NCBI RefSeq assembly: GCF_006345805.1
Contig: NC_043003.1
Coordinates: 17,050,001 to 17,114,000, forward strand
From: Octopus sinensis
Taxonomy: Eukaryota
Direction of reading: 5' to 3'
DNA length: 64,000 nucleotides
In this document: piece after piece, positions 25,743 to 37,309 of the stretch
Layout: every line of letters starts with the position of its first letter
Numbering within the stretch: position 1 is the first letter of the stretch
Notes under the pieces: model-generated
What the model was told of the DNA's origin: nothing
Databases searched by the model: none
Seen by the model: only the letters and a program-made list of their open reading frames with translations
Translations under genes and position numbers: made by a program

Positions 25743-25800
25743 ATATATACCCACATCTCTTGTGTGTGTGTTATTTGGACCGTTGGTGACGTACCCATAT

Positions 25801-25840
<40 letters not shown>

Positions 25841-25849
25841 TATATATAA

Positions 25850-26130
25850 TACAAAATGGAACAAGAACGCAAAACATCCTAACAGTTAGGTGATATAAAA
25901 ATGGGAGAATAAAACATCCAGATAGACAATACAAAGAAAACAAGGACGGTTCATTAGGAGTTTTCTTTCCTCAGTCGAGTACCAGATTATCTTCGCAATT
26001 TCAGCTGATTATACTCGAGATTGCTCCAATCTGGCCAGCCCCTAGGAAAAACTAAGCTAAGAGCATTAGATTCCTTAGAAGAAAGCAGCGAATGTATACG
26101 AAAGCAAGGACGGAAAAAACAGAGAATGTT
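25850..26130 (-). mobile_element. interspersed repeat, probably a Penelope-like terminal fragment (second copy, opposite strand, about 51740-52040)
   Basis: shared cattcgctgctttcttc..aggaatct...gattggagca...cgagtataa...ctcgactgaggaaagaaaa; flanked by (TA)n. Confidence 0.6.
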
Positions 26131-26186
26131 ATACAAATACAATCGACATATACATATACATACATACAAATATATATATACATACA

Positions 26187-26283
<97 letters not shown>

Positions 26284-26357
26284 AAGAATTAAAATAAAAT
26301 CTCAATTAGGCAATCAACTTTTTTTTACATATACACATACATAGTCATAAATTCAAT

Positions 26358-26436
<79 letters not shown>

Positions 26437-26579
26437 GATATGTAGAAAATACAAACTGAGACAAGAACGCATAAAAACTTAGAAGACGATACAGCAAACA
26501 CAGACAGGACATTCGAAGCCCTCAGTCTTCTGTCAAGAACCGGATCATCGTGGTAATTTCGGCTGATTAATCTTGAGAT

Positions 26580-26710
<131 letters not shown>

Positions 26711-26873
26711 TATATATATATATATATATCGACATATAAAAAAAATTGATTGTCTAATTTGAGCTTTGATTTTAATTCTTATCATTTGTCTCGGTTTCGA
26801 CCCGAGCACTTCTTAAGCAGTCCTATATATTTCGTAAGAAAGAATTATATTATATATATTTATATATCAAATG

Positions 26874-26921
<48 letters not shown>

Positions 26922-27618
26922 GTCTGTCTATCTATCTATCTATCTCTCTGTCTATCTATCTATCTATGTATCTGTCTATCTGTCTATCTATCTATCTATA
27001 TACATAGATGTAGACGTAGATAGAGAGATGAAGGTAGAAAGAGAAAGTTTGATAAAAAAGAAATAATAATTAGCAAATGTTATACAAATAATCAACCTGA
27101 CTGCAATCTTGTGTGCAGATTTATTCCTTACACCAAATTCCATATTATAGTTCTTAATCATCTCGTTATTATATTAGGTGATGAAACACGGGTCGAGGTA
27201 AACCCTCTCTTTTAAAGTTACTAAAGCATATTTTGTTTTACTCAACTCTCAAATACGTTCATATAAGTTGGCTTTGACTCAACCCTCACTTTTCATTTTT
27301 TTCTCCCCTTCCAAATCACACACCTTTAAAAAAGAAAAAATTTTTTTAGGTGAATCATATTTTTTTTGTTGTTGTATTGCTGTTGTTTCTTCTGCTTAAA
27401 ATTTTGCATAATATTCTGTTTGGATGACTGCCAAGCATTAAGGGGGGAAACGTTTTGAGTGAATCCTTTCAACACTAGATAATGCTTTGTTGTTGTTGTT
27501 GTCGGTAGTGGCGGTGGTGGTGGTGTGTGTGTATGTATGTGTGGGCATATATATGTACTTATATATATACATAAATATAGGCATATAATACACACGCACA
27601 CACACAACACACACACAC

Positions 27619-27663
<45 letters not shown>

Positions 27664-27741
27664 GTTGCAGCAGAATATTTTCTTTGTAAATTACATGCAA
27701 GTCATGATGTTGAAGACTTGAAATAAGTAATGGAGGGAGTG

Positions 27742-27772
<31 letters not shown>

Positions 27773-27875
27773 AGGAGTAAGAGGGAGGAAGCGAGGTAGG
27801 GTGAGAGAAAGGGAGAGAGAGAAATAAGCAACACATAAGCAGTGATAGAGAAATAAACTGATATACACACACACA

Positions 27876-27916
<41 letters not shown>

Positions 27917-27959
27917 CATACAAACATATACACACATATACATATATATATAGATATAT

Positions 27960-28340
27960 ATACGACGGGCTTCTTTCAGTTTCCGTCTACCAAATCCACT
28001 CACAAGGCTTTGGTCGGCCTGAGGCTATAGTTGAAGACACTTGCCCAAGGTGCCGCGCAGTGGGACTCAACCCGGAACCATGTGGTTGGTAAGCAGGCTA
28101 CTTACCATACAGCCACTCCTACATATTTCTTTTATTATTCTTTTACTTGTTTCAATTATTTGATTGCGGCCACGCTGGAGCACCACCTTTAGTTGAACAA
28201 ATCGACCCCAAGACTTATTATTTATAAAGTTTAATACTTATTCTGTCGTTTCTCTTTGGCCGAACCGTTAAGTTATGGGGACGTAAACACGCCAACATCG
28301 GCTGTCAAGCGACGGTGGGGGGAGACAAACACAAACACAC
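27960..28340 (-). mobile_element. two half copies of SINE family A
   Basis: head half 27960-28100 and tail half 28135-28340. Confidence 0.85.
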
Positions 28341-28759
28341 ACACAAACACACACATACACCACACACACACATACACACACGCACGCGCACATATATACA
28401 CACACCACACAGACACACACAGACACACACACACACATAGAGTCACACACACGTAGATATGTATATGATTCTGCTTTATTATCAACAATTTAATCAGAAG
28501 AGATGAGTGCGAGTTCAGTGTTAATTTCGACAACGGGACTGACAGGAATTTTTGCGTAAGCTGTTGGTAATGGAATTGGTAAACGATCCAAAGTAGGCTG
28601 CTGTCTTGATTTCATAAAAGTTTTCATACTTTTCAGTCCGTCGATTCTTGCGTGGGATGAAACTAGTTTCTGTAAGACATTGACCTCTCCTACGCACATC
28701 AGGCATACATATATTAAATATATATACGGTGGGGTAGAGAGGACGGAGGTTTTCGAACA

Positions 28760-29170
28760 ATAGGCGCAGGAGTGACTGTGTGGTAGGTAAGTGCTTGCTT
28801 ACCAGCCACATGGTTCCGAGTTCAGTCCCATTGCGTGACACCTTGGGCAAGTGTCTTCTACTATAGCCTCGGGCCGACCAAAGCCTTGCGAGTGGATTTG
28901 GTAGACGAAAACTGAAAGAAGCCCGTCGTATATTTGTATATATATATGTGTATGTGTGTGTTTTTGTCCTCCCCCAATATCGATTGACAACCGATGCTGG
29001 TGTGTTTACGTCCCCGTAACTTAGCGGTTCGGCAAAAGAGACGGATAGAACAAATACTAGGCTTACAAAGAATAAGTCCTGGGGGTCGATTTGCTCGACT
29101 AAAGGCGGTGATCCAGCATGGCCACAGTCAAATGACGGAAACAAGTAAAAGAGTAAAAGAGAGTAAAGAG
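28760..29170 (+). mobile_element. SINE family A, full length
   Basis: matches consensus. Confidence 0.9.
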
Positions 29171-29229
29171 TAAATCTCAAAATCATTAATTTTGACTACA
29201 AACAAATTTTATTGACATCAACGTGTCTG

Positions 29230-29410
29230 TATTGGATTAGCATTCGTCAAACATCAAGTCTGGAAAATAAGATCCATCATGTGGTATCCGTTTTCATTGA
29301 TGCATTTCTGAAAGCTTGTCCGACGCGTTCCACATTTTCCTGTCTCCGTACCGTTCGTGGCGCCCCCACTGGTCTCCTATTCATTAGTGTACCGCGTAAA
29401 CGCGGAGTGG
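29230..29410 (-). mobile_element. Tc1/mariner (maT-like) transposase N-terminal fragment
   Basis: RGTLMNRRPVGAPRTVRRQENVERVGQAF resembles the GRPRTVRTxENVERV HTH linker. Confidence 0.6.
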
Positions 29411-29643
29411 ACGAAACAGGGACAACTGAAGAAGGGGAATATTCTTTGTGTTGTATGTCTTGTACTCTGTTTTTTCGTTGTATCAAAAAAAAGGTCGTTT
29501 CCATGTTTTTGCTTTTATGTTTTCGTTTCTCATGGTGTTCAACGTTTTTCTGATGTCCTGTACCCATATATGCATGTATATGTACATATAGATGTAGGTA
29601 TGTACACATATGTATGTATATATGCATATATTTATATATTATT

Positions 29644-29682
<39 letters not shown>

Positions 29683-29686
<4 letters not shown>

Positions 29687-30279
29687 CGCATATTTGCCAT
29701 TTGAATATGGCTAACCCCTAAGGGTGGATGCTACTGTAGTTTGTAGCCCCAGGAAGATATCTCCTCCAGCTGGCTATAGACACACTATCTGTGTCCTCTC
29801 AGTATTTGTGAAGGGGAGTCATCCTCCCCGTCTTCAACTCATGATACACACGGACCCGAGTTTCAAGGTGTTTACCTTTCATCAGCGTGTGACAATCATG
29901 GTTGTCGACGAGAAGTCAGCTCCCTTCACAAATACATATACTTTTTCCAGTGTCGATTGACACTGATATTGAAAAAGTGAAATCAAGACGGGGAGGATGA
30001 CTCCCCTTCACAAATACTGAGAGGACACAGATAGTGTGTCTATAGCCAGCTGGAGGAGATATCTTCCTGGGGCTACAAACTACAGTAGCATCCACCCTTA
30101 GGGGTTAGCCATATTCAAATGGCAAATATGCGTCACGATGTGTTACCGCTACTGTTTATAACTCGCTCTGAGATTTATCATTGTTTGATTTCACTTTTTC
30201 AATATCAGTGTCAATCGACACTGGAAAAAGTATATGTATTTGTGAAGGGAGCTGACTTCTCGTCGACAACCATGATTGT
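29683..30279. mobile_element. retrozyme-like element: two divergent partial copies of a 352-nt circularly permuted HHR-bearing unit (A-s1-B-A'-s2-B')
   Basis: A 29683-29834 = revcomp of 29985-30136; B 29892-29984 = revcomp of 30187-30279; s1 (29835-29891) carries the HHR. Confidence 0.75.
29847..29891 (-). ncRNA. canonical type-I hammerhead ribozyme
   Basis: cacacg CTGATGA aaggt aaac acctt GAAA c tcgg GTC cgtgtg: 6-bp stem I (extended by catgat/atcatg), 5-bp stem II, 2-bp stem III, GUC cleavage triplet. Confidence 0.9.
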
Positions 30280-33200
30280 TATTCGTCTAGGGACCCCTCT
30301 TTCATCTGCGTTTTGAGAATTTTGCTGCCTTTTTGTTGAGTGAGTTCGTATTTTTTGTTCGTCGTTTTTTTTTATTTTGTGTTTACTCGTGAATTGAACA
30401 GTTGTCCGTTGTGTAACAGTAATTTTCGCCCTACGGGGCAGAAAATTCTGTGTTTAAACATTGTCATTACCTTCGAGGTAATTTTTTTTTTTAAACATTT
30501 GTTCTCATAATTTGAGAAATGGAGTTCGACTTGGTGTCGAGGAGTGACTTTCCCGTGATGGGAAAAGGTGAACAAAAGGATACCGAAGTCAAAAAACAGT
30601 CTTTTTCGGCCGCAGTGGGCGGAACCGTAACGGATGTAGAATTCAAGATTGAAAAGTTATTCGAATACCGGAACTTGGTAAAAACGGAAGGCAATGAAAT
30701 TAAACTGGTACCGCCGCAAGCGAAGGTACAGGAAATAAAGGCAAAGACAGTTGTATACAAAGTTTATAGCAACAAAGAAAAAAAAATAATGGATGTCAAG
30801 AACGAGATAGTAGAAAAGTGCTTGTCCCCGGTGTGGGACAAAATTCGCCACGTTGTTCGAGGTGCTCGCAGCGCTACCGTTGAAGCACATTTCGACTCGG
30901 CTGATGTGGCAAGAGAGGTGTCATCAATGACCTTGAAAAGTGAGGATATCATGTTGCTACCTTCGTATATGGGGAAAAGAACAGCCAAACTACATGTAGA
31001 GGATATACCAAGAGGGTATGATATAATGTGGGTAGCAGCGGCAGTCCTGCACAACGTAGAGCGGGAAGTTTCAATTCTGCAGATGAGAAGGAAAGAGGAG
31101 GTGCACTGGAAAGGACAAGCGCTAGAACTCCTCGTTCAAGCAGAAAATAAGATACTAGAAAACTTACCCGATAGGGTATTTAATGAGGAGGGAACTTCAA
31201 TGAGAGTGTCAGTGGAGGGGCGCAGACCTAGGTGCTTCAAATGTGGTGAAAAGGGTCACGTCCGCTCAAACTGCATAAAAAAAAAAGAAAATCAACGAAG
31301 TCCCTCCTCAAAGTGCTTCAAACACTGAAAAAGAAAAGGCGGAAAAAGAACCCAAGACTGCGACAAGGAAAGGAACCGAAACGGAAGATGAAAATGAACA
31401 AATGGACTTTACACAGGTGACACACAAAAGAAAAAAAGATAACACCCTGGACTCCCCTCCCCAAACAAAGAAAAAATCAGCAAACACCGCAGAGATACAT
31501 ACAAAACAAATTCCCCAGCCCTACCCCCACGGCACTGTATTCATTGGAGCACAGTTCGCCAAGCTCCTCCCCTTAAAACAAGATTTGAAAAAATTGATTA
31601 AAAAAAATGAAAAGATTATAGCATTTGACGAGAAGAACGATAGGGTGTACAAGTATTTCAAATTTTCAAAATTTAAACTATTCAGTAAGTCTACAGACAC
31701 AAAATCAACCACTCGCTTTGCAAAAATAAAGGAAGACGAGTGGAAGGAAAAAACACTACAAGAATATTTAAAGAACAATCTTATCAGAGATGTAACGAAT
31801 GAAATACTGGAGGGTAAACTTATTATAACCCCGGCAACCACACCTACCCAGAGCCCGATGGCAACGCCGGTTAAGAGCCCTGCAGCTACGACCACAAGGG
31901 AGGAAGAAGGGGAAGCAGGCAGATTTAAACTGTCATGCTCCCTGTCCCAACCGTAAGTTTATTTATTTTTTCTCTCTCCGACAATGGCAAAGCTGGGTTG
32001 TGTGAATGTGCGTGGAATGGGGTCGAAATGGAAACAAATTTGTTTCCTGAACGACCTCACGACACACGGAGTGGACGTAGCTATTGTAACCGAGTCCAAG
32101 ATGAACGGGGCCCAAGCGTTCTCGCCTCTTCTAAATGGTTTCGAGAAATTTATTTCTCCTAGCCGAGGAAGAGGAAGAGGCGTGGCAGTCCTTATCAGGA
32201 AGAGCTTGGACTTGCAGGTAAGTACTGTCTTTCTGGACCCAGAAGGCAGGCTGGTCGTTCTGGATGTGACCCACGTAAGTAAACAGTCCTTCAGGTTGGT
32301 AGCTGTCTACGCTCCGAATGAGTGTAGGCAGGCGGGTTTTTTTCGGAATCTGGAGCACTTTTTAGCGACGTCGAAAACGGTAGTCTTAGTAGGGGACTTT
32401 AACACTGTCCTTGAAGCGCGGGTCGACAGTGTTGGCTCAACCAATAGGAAGGGGAACCCTAGCCTCAAGGGTCTACTAGAGAGCTTTGATCTAGTGGACC
32501 GTTATCGACTGGATGAGCCGAGCGTTCCACAGTGGACGTGGAGTAACAACGACGGCTCACACAGATCGTATATAGATAGGATATTCGTTAGGAAAAGAGA
32601 TAAGGATACGTTTAGTTGTCCACAGTTTCACATTGTGCCTTACACGGATCACAAATTTGTGACTTGTAGGGTGCAATTAGATAAGTGCCATAGACAGGGA
32701 CCCGGGTACTGGAAGCTGAACAAGTCTATTTTGAATTGTGAAGACTTCCGTACCCGGATTAAGGTGTTAGTACAGAGGGCATTGTGTGGCACCATCATTA
32801 ACAATAGATGGTGGCACTCCCTCAAAAGAGCCATTCGTTCAGAGTCCATTAGATTTAGCAATCAGCTAAGGTTAGATAGGTCTAGGATAGAGGACGATTT
32901 AGTTAAGAATCTAAACGAGGCAATGGAAGCTGGCTCTGCATCCGGAGTGATGGCGGCAAGGACGGTATTGTACCGTCACCTTAACTCCAAACACGAAGGT
33001 TGCAGAGTTAGAGCTAAGCTACGCGCTGGGAAACGAGAAGGTATTAACGTTGCCGGATGGGCCCGTCGAGTGGAAAGTCAGAGAGGTAACAAAGCTTCAA
33101 TCAAGTCTTTAACTGACGAACAGGGACAAAAGATCTATGGACAGGAGGAGATGCAAAAGTTTCTTCACCAGCATTTCGCCCGCGCGTTCGGGGGTGGTGT

Positions 33201-34830
33201 GGCGCCGGAGCGGGGGAGGGCCTTAAAGGACTTCCTAGCCGGCGGACCGCGGCTCTCGGGGCGTGAGGTGGAGTGCTGTGAAGGAGCGATCACTCCCGCG
33301 GAGATAGAGGGGGTACTGGCCGGATGCGTCGGGGAGAAGTCGCCGGGGTTGGATGGTCTGCCCTTCGAGTTTTACCAAAGTATGCCGGACTTGTTCGGGG
33401 GAATATTGGCAGGCGTCTACGCGAACTGGCAGCAGAATGGGAGAATTCCCAGTTCTGTAAGCCGGGGAGTGGTGACGCTAATCCAGAAAGACCCGAGCAA
33501 GGGGGATAACATTAGTAATTACAGGCCCATAACTCTACTTAACGTAGAGTTAAAGATTTTGGCCAAGGTGTTGGCAAAAAGGTTGACGATTGTCGTGGAG
33601 AAACTTGTAGGGAAAGCACAGACATGTGCAATTCCAGGCAGGTCGATCCAGGACAATCTTCACCTTATACGCTACACCTTAGATAGGGTGGGTAAATTAA
33701 CCGGCAAGGGCGGGGTAATGGTCCATTTAGACCAAAGTAAAGCGTTCGATAGGGTAGACCATAAGTACCTGGCGACGGTCCTCGAAGCGGCTGGACTGGG
33801 CCCTGAATTTCGCGGGTGGATCTCCGCTATGTATAGCGGCATCAAGTCCACCGTCCAGATAAACGGTTACCTAACGGAACCGTTTTCGATCGAATGTTCA
33901 GTTCGTCAAGGGTGCCCCTTGTCACCACTTTTGTACGTGTTGGCTCTCGAGCCATTGCTGCGAAAGTTGGAGAGGCTGGGAAGTAACCCGGATGAGATCG
34001 GAGGTGGGAGGACGGTTACTGCTTATGCGGATGACGTCACCCTCATCGTGTCCAATGAGGCCCAGCTACCTTGTGTAGAAGATGCTATCAGAGGATACGA
34101 GGTGGTGGCAGGAGCAAGGGTTAACAAGGACAAGTCGGTTGGCTTGCGCCTCGGCACCTCGAGGAGCAAGTCGATATCGTCCAGTGTCGTGGGACACTGG
34201 ACGGATGGTCCTGTTAAGTTGCTAGGAGTTTGGTTTGGGTCAGACTCCCAAACAGAGAGGAATTGGAGTGAGGTGACGGACAAGGTGGAGGCCATAGTAC
34301 GGACCTGGTCCGGAAGGTCTCTGTCCTTGAAAGGAAGGGCGGAGGTGGCACAGATGTTCATTGCATCTGTAATCACTTACCGCCTGACCGCTGTCCCTTG
34401 CCCCGATTCATGGCTTAGCAAGTTGGAGCGAATCCTTTTCCGCTTTTTGTGGAAGGGAGGAAAGCCACTTGTGAGGCGCTCCGTTTGCTGCCAGGAACCG
34501 TTAAAGGGTGGGTTAGGAATGCCTTGGTTGATGATGCGCAGGCATGCGTTGAGGCTGAAGCATCTCTGGCACCACCTGGAGGGTGATAAGGTGTGGAGTC
34601 CGCTGGCAGGGGAATTTTTCCCGAGACCGGCTTCTTTAGTGAATAATAAACCCGGTCGCATCAAAAGACGGAATCTGACTTTATGGCAAAAGGAGTGCCG
34701 ACAGGCACTCACGTTGATCCACAAGGCGGGCAAGGCCGGCTGCGGAAATACCACCTCGGTATTTTATAGCAGACTGGTAGATGCAAAGAACGACGACAGC
34801 TTACCAACCTGTTTAAAAAGACTTTCAGGA
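30280..34830 (+). mobile_element. Tx1-clade (L1 group) non-LTR retrotransposon, 5'-complete, 3'-truncated
   Basis: 5'UTR, ORF1 and ORF2; visibly higher GC than the flanks; ends in a SINE-A tail fragment. Confidence 0.9.
30519..31956 (+). CDS. LINE ORF1 (gag-like zinc knuckle), split by one frameshift in the A10 run at 31277-31286
   Basis: CFKCGEKGHVRSNC (CX2CX4HX4C); the second frame is open from 31288 (KINEVPPQSASNTEKEK...) into the 31402-31956 ORF. Confidence 0.8.
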
Positions 34831-34860
34831 CTCGACAGTCAAATGGCCACAGTCAAATGA
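31984..34860 (+). CDS. LINE ORF2: apurinic endonuclease plus reverse transcriptase, C-terminus lost
   Basis: 958-aa open frame; APE motifs NVRG, TESK, VYAP, GDFN, YIDRIF, TDH; RT motifs YRPITLLNVELKILAK, DQSKAFDRVDH, RQGCPLSPLLY, YADD. Confidence 0.95.
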   Translation: MAKLGCVNVRGMGSKWKQICFLNDLTTHGVDVAIVTESKMNGAQAFSPLLNGFEKFISPSRGRGRGVAVLIRKSLDLQVSTVFLDPEGRLVVLDVTHVSKQSFRLVAVYAPNECRQAGFFRNLEHFLATSKTVVLVGDFNTVLEARVDSVGSTNRKGNPSLKGLLESFDLVDRYRLDEPSVPQWTWSNNDGSHRSYIDRIFVRKRDKDTFSCPQFHIVPYTDHKFVTCRVQLDKCHRQGPGYWKLNKSILNCEDFRTRIKVLVQRALCGTIINNRWWHSLKRAIRSESIRFSNQLRLDRSRIEDDLVKNLNEAMEAGSASGVMAARTVLYRHLNSKHEGCRVRAKLRAGKREGINVAGWARRVESQRGNKASIKSLTDEQGQKIYGQEEMQKFLHQHFARAFGGGVAPERGRALKDFLAGGPRLSGREVECCEGAITPAEIEGVLAGCVGEKSPGLDGLPFEFYQSMPDLFGGILAGVYANWQQNGRIPSSVSRGVVTLIQKDPSKGDNISNYRPITLLNVELKILAKVLAKRLTIVVEKLVGKAQTCAIPGRSIQDNLHLIRYTLDRVGKLTGKGGVMVHLDQSKAFDRVDHKYLATVLEAAGLGPEFRGWISAMYSGIKSTVQINGYLTEPFSIECSVRQGCPLSPLLYVLALEPLLRKLERLGSNPDEIGGGRTVTAYADDVTLIVSNEAQLPCVEDAIRGYEVVAGARVNKDKSVGLRLGTSRSKSISSSVVGHWTDGPVKLLGVWFGSDSQTERNWSEVTDKVEAIVRTWSGRSLSLKGRAEVAQMFIASVITYRLTAVPCPDSWLSKLERILFRFLWKGGKPLVRRSVCCQEPLKGGLGMPWLMMRRHALRLKHLWHHLEGDKVWSPLAGEFFPRPASLVNNKPGRIKRRNLTLWQKECRQALTLIHKAGKAGCGNTTSVFYSRLVDAKNDDSLPTCLKRLSGLDSQMATVK

Positions 34861-34893
34861 TTGAAACAAGTAAAAGAGTAAGAGAGTAAAAAG

Positions 34894-34924
<31 letters not shown>

Positions 34925-35325
34925 GACATACACGTACATAAACACATACAAGCACACACACATACACATATACCCGACGTACTTCCACACATTGTAGAAA
35001 GCATTATCGATGGTGCCGCGCAGTGAGATCGAACCCAAATCTGCATGGCTGCAAAATGAACTTCTTATTTACACAGCCATGCCCGCGCTATTTGCGTGTC
35101 TACAATTTATCATTTATTCCTTTCACATTATGTGTTTAAGCATGGAGCAATTTCCTGAAACAAATACCTATAAATATTGGCAATACGAGAGATAGCATCT
35201 GAATAGGATATAAACAGCGTTTGATTACTGGGATAATTATAGCTTACATAATGACAAATAGTTCTATGTTAGAAATAACATCCATTCTTACGTGCCTATA
35301 ATAATAATAATAATAATAATAATAA

Positions 35326-35646
35326 GCGAAAGGGGCTGATTGCTACCTAACTCAGATACCAAGAAACACCAAAATGGCAGAAATTCAAAAGATAGTGCTC
35401 ATGGGAACTACTCATATCCTACGCAAAATACTCTCTATGTAATCTCAAGGTTTAAAACAAACTTTTCTTAATTTTTTTTATAAAATTTATTTATTAGACA
35501 TTCACTAGTACAACACCAAAAAAAACCCCCAAATATATGGCACACTAGGCATAACAACAACGTGAACTTCCAACCTGTTGTCTCTTGAGGTCTCTGGGTG
35601 AGACTTGGAGCCAACTTGTACAAACATAAAGTAAAAGTCAAACATA

Positions 35647-35647
<1 letters not shown>
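35326..35647 (+). mobile_element. 3' end of a second R4/Dong-type LINE family
   Basis: QIPRNTKMAEIQKIVLMGTTHILRKILSM* (stop 35440-35442) then 3'UTR; (TAA)n at 35299-35325 and 35648-35687. Confidence 0.75.
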
Positions 35648-35691
<44 letters not shown>

Positions 35692-35699
35692 TAATAAAT

Positions 35700-35942
35700 A
35701 AATGCGCCCTTTTAAAGCCTAGCCAGGCTCATGGGCCCGGTTTCTATGGCGTATGTGTTCCCCAGCTGGACGGGATACCAGTCCATTGCAGCATTACTCA
35801 TTTTTGCCAGCTGAGTGGACTGGAGCAACGTGAAATGAAGTGTTTTGCTCAAGAACACAATGCGTCGCCCGGTCCAGGAATCGAAACCACAATCTTACCA
35901 TTATGATGCTGACACCCTAACCACTAAGCCACGCGCCTCCAC
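35700..35942 (-). mobile_element. SINE family B
   Basis: reverse complement of 8387-8640. Confidence 0.9.
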
Positions 35943-36584
35943 ACGTGTCTATTATACATCACACAAATTGAAGCGGAAAGCATGGTAAGTTACAGAAAAT
36001 GGTGATCAATAAAGCATAATGTTACTGGAATATGTATCTCACTAAGTGACCTAACTCTAACATTTGCCATCACGGACCTTGCGAAACTGTATTTCTAAGG
36101 AAACGAAATCAATTTTAGAAGAGATTTATATGACAATAATACTTAAAATATACGGGCACCAAAAACGCGCATTTAGTAATCTCACCGCTGCTACTGGAAG
36201 ATTTTCGTCTACTACTGATAAATATTTGTGCTTTTAAACACAGTACGTCCATAAGGGATATTATTTTCCGACAAACACAGCAGTATTGCCGTTTTTTTAT
36301 TTTTGTGATTTAACTGCATTAGGTATGATACACAGATGGCTTTTTAAATTTAATACTGCTTCTGTTGTATAAAACGGATGTAACTTTCAGGAGTGTTGAT
36401 GAGAAAACTACATACCAGAACACGATTATATCTTCAGCCAATGAAAGAGTTCCTACAAAACAGGTTCTATCTTTTGGCATGTCGGCGCACAGATTATCAA
36501 AATAAATTACTGGTTCTTTTCGCATGGAAAAATTTAAAATAAGTAATGGCTTAGAAATTGAAAGGAAGAAAAATATTAGAAAAT

Positions 36585-36770
36585 AGGCGTAGGAATGGCT
36601 GTGTGGTAAGTAGCTTGCTTACCAACCAAATGGTTCTAGGTTCAGTCCCACTGTGTAGCACCTTGGGCAAGTGTCTTCTACTATAGCCTCAGGCTGAGTA
36701 AAGCCATGTGAGTGGATTTGGTAGATGGAAACTGAAAGAAGCTAGTCGTATATGTATGTATGTATGTATG

Positions 36771-36864
<94 letters not shown>

Positions 36865-37050
36865 TCCCCCAACATCGCTTGACAACTGATGCTAGTGTGT
36901 TTATGTCCCCGTAACTTAGCGGTTCGGCTAAATAGACCGATAGAATATGTACTAGGCTTACAAAGTATAAGTTCTGGGGTCGATGTACTCGACAGTCAAA
37001 TGGCCACAGTCAAATGACTGAAACAAGTAAAAGAGTAAAAGAGTAAAATA
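36585..37050 (+). mobile_element. SINE family A, full length
   Basis: matches consensus; variant tail ctcgacagtcaaatggccacagtc. Confidence 0.9.
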
Positions 37051-37309
37051 AAACGAAGAAAAACATTTATTGCTTATTTTGTTCTCTTTAATCACACTTG
37101 TGTATGACAAACTTATGACAACACGCTTCAAGATATTACAGCATTAGTATAGATTTTGTAAAGAAACATTGTATTCAGGCACCAATACGCCGCAGTGCAT
37201 TCGTTGAGAGCCACTACTTTAGTGTGGTTCACATTAATTTACATCCTGCTGTTTTAAAGAAGAAGGACACATTGATAGTTCGCTCGATTAATATATTAAA
37301 CTAATAAAT

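Noticed and set aside
26490-26550. Hammerhead-like gacag aaga ctgaggg cttc gaat gtc ctgtc (minus strand)
   Set aside because: Stem I is not adjacent to the core and there is no proper stem II or GAAA.
28490-28699. 69-aa ORF as a LINE ORF1 or gene fragment
   Set aside because: No diagnostic motif; too short to call.
29410-29460. CTGAAGA aggggaatattc as a hammerhead
   Set aside because: No downstream GAAA or stem III.
29683-30279. DIRS-type ITR/ICR architecture
   Set aside because: The internal B-A' junction matches A joined to B', not the right-end/left-end circle junction DIRS needs; no YR/RT remnant; the HHR explains the unit better.
31277-31287. Programmed -1 frameshift at A AAA AAG in Tx1 ORF1
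   Set aside because: The frames require +1, so a homopolymer indel is the simpler explanation.
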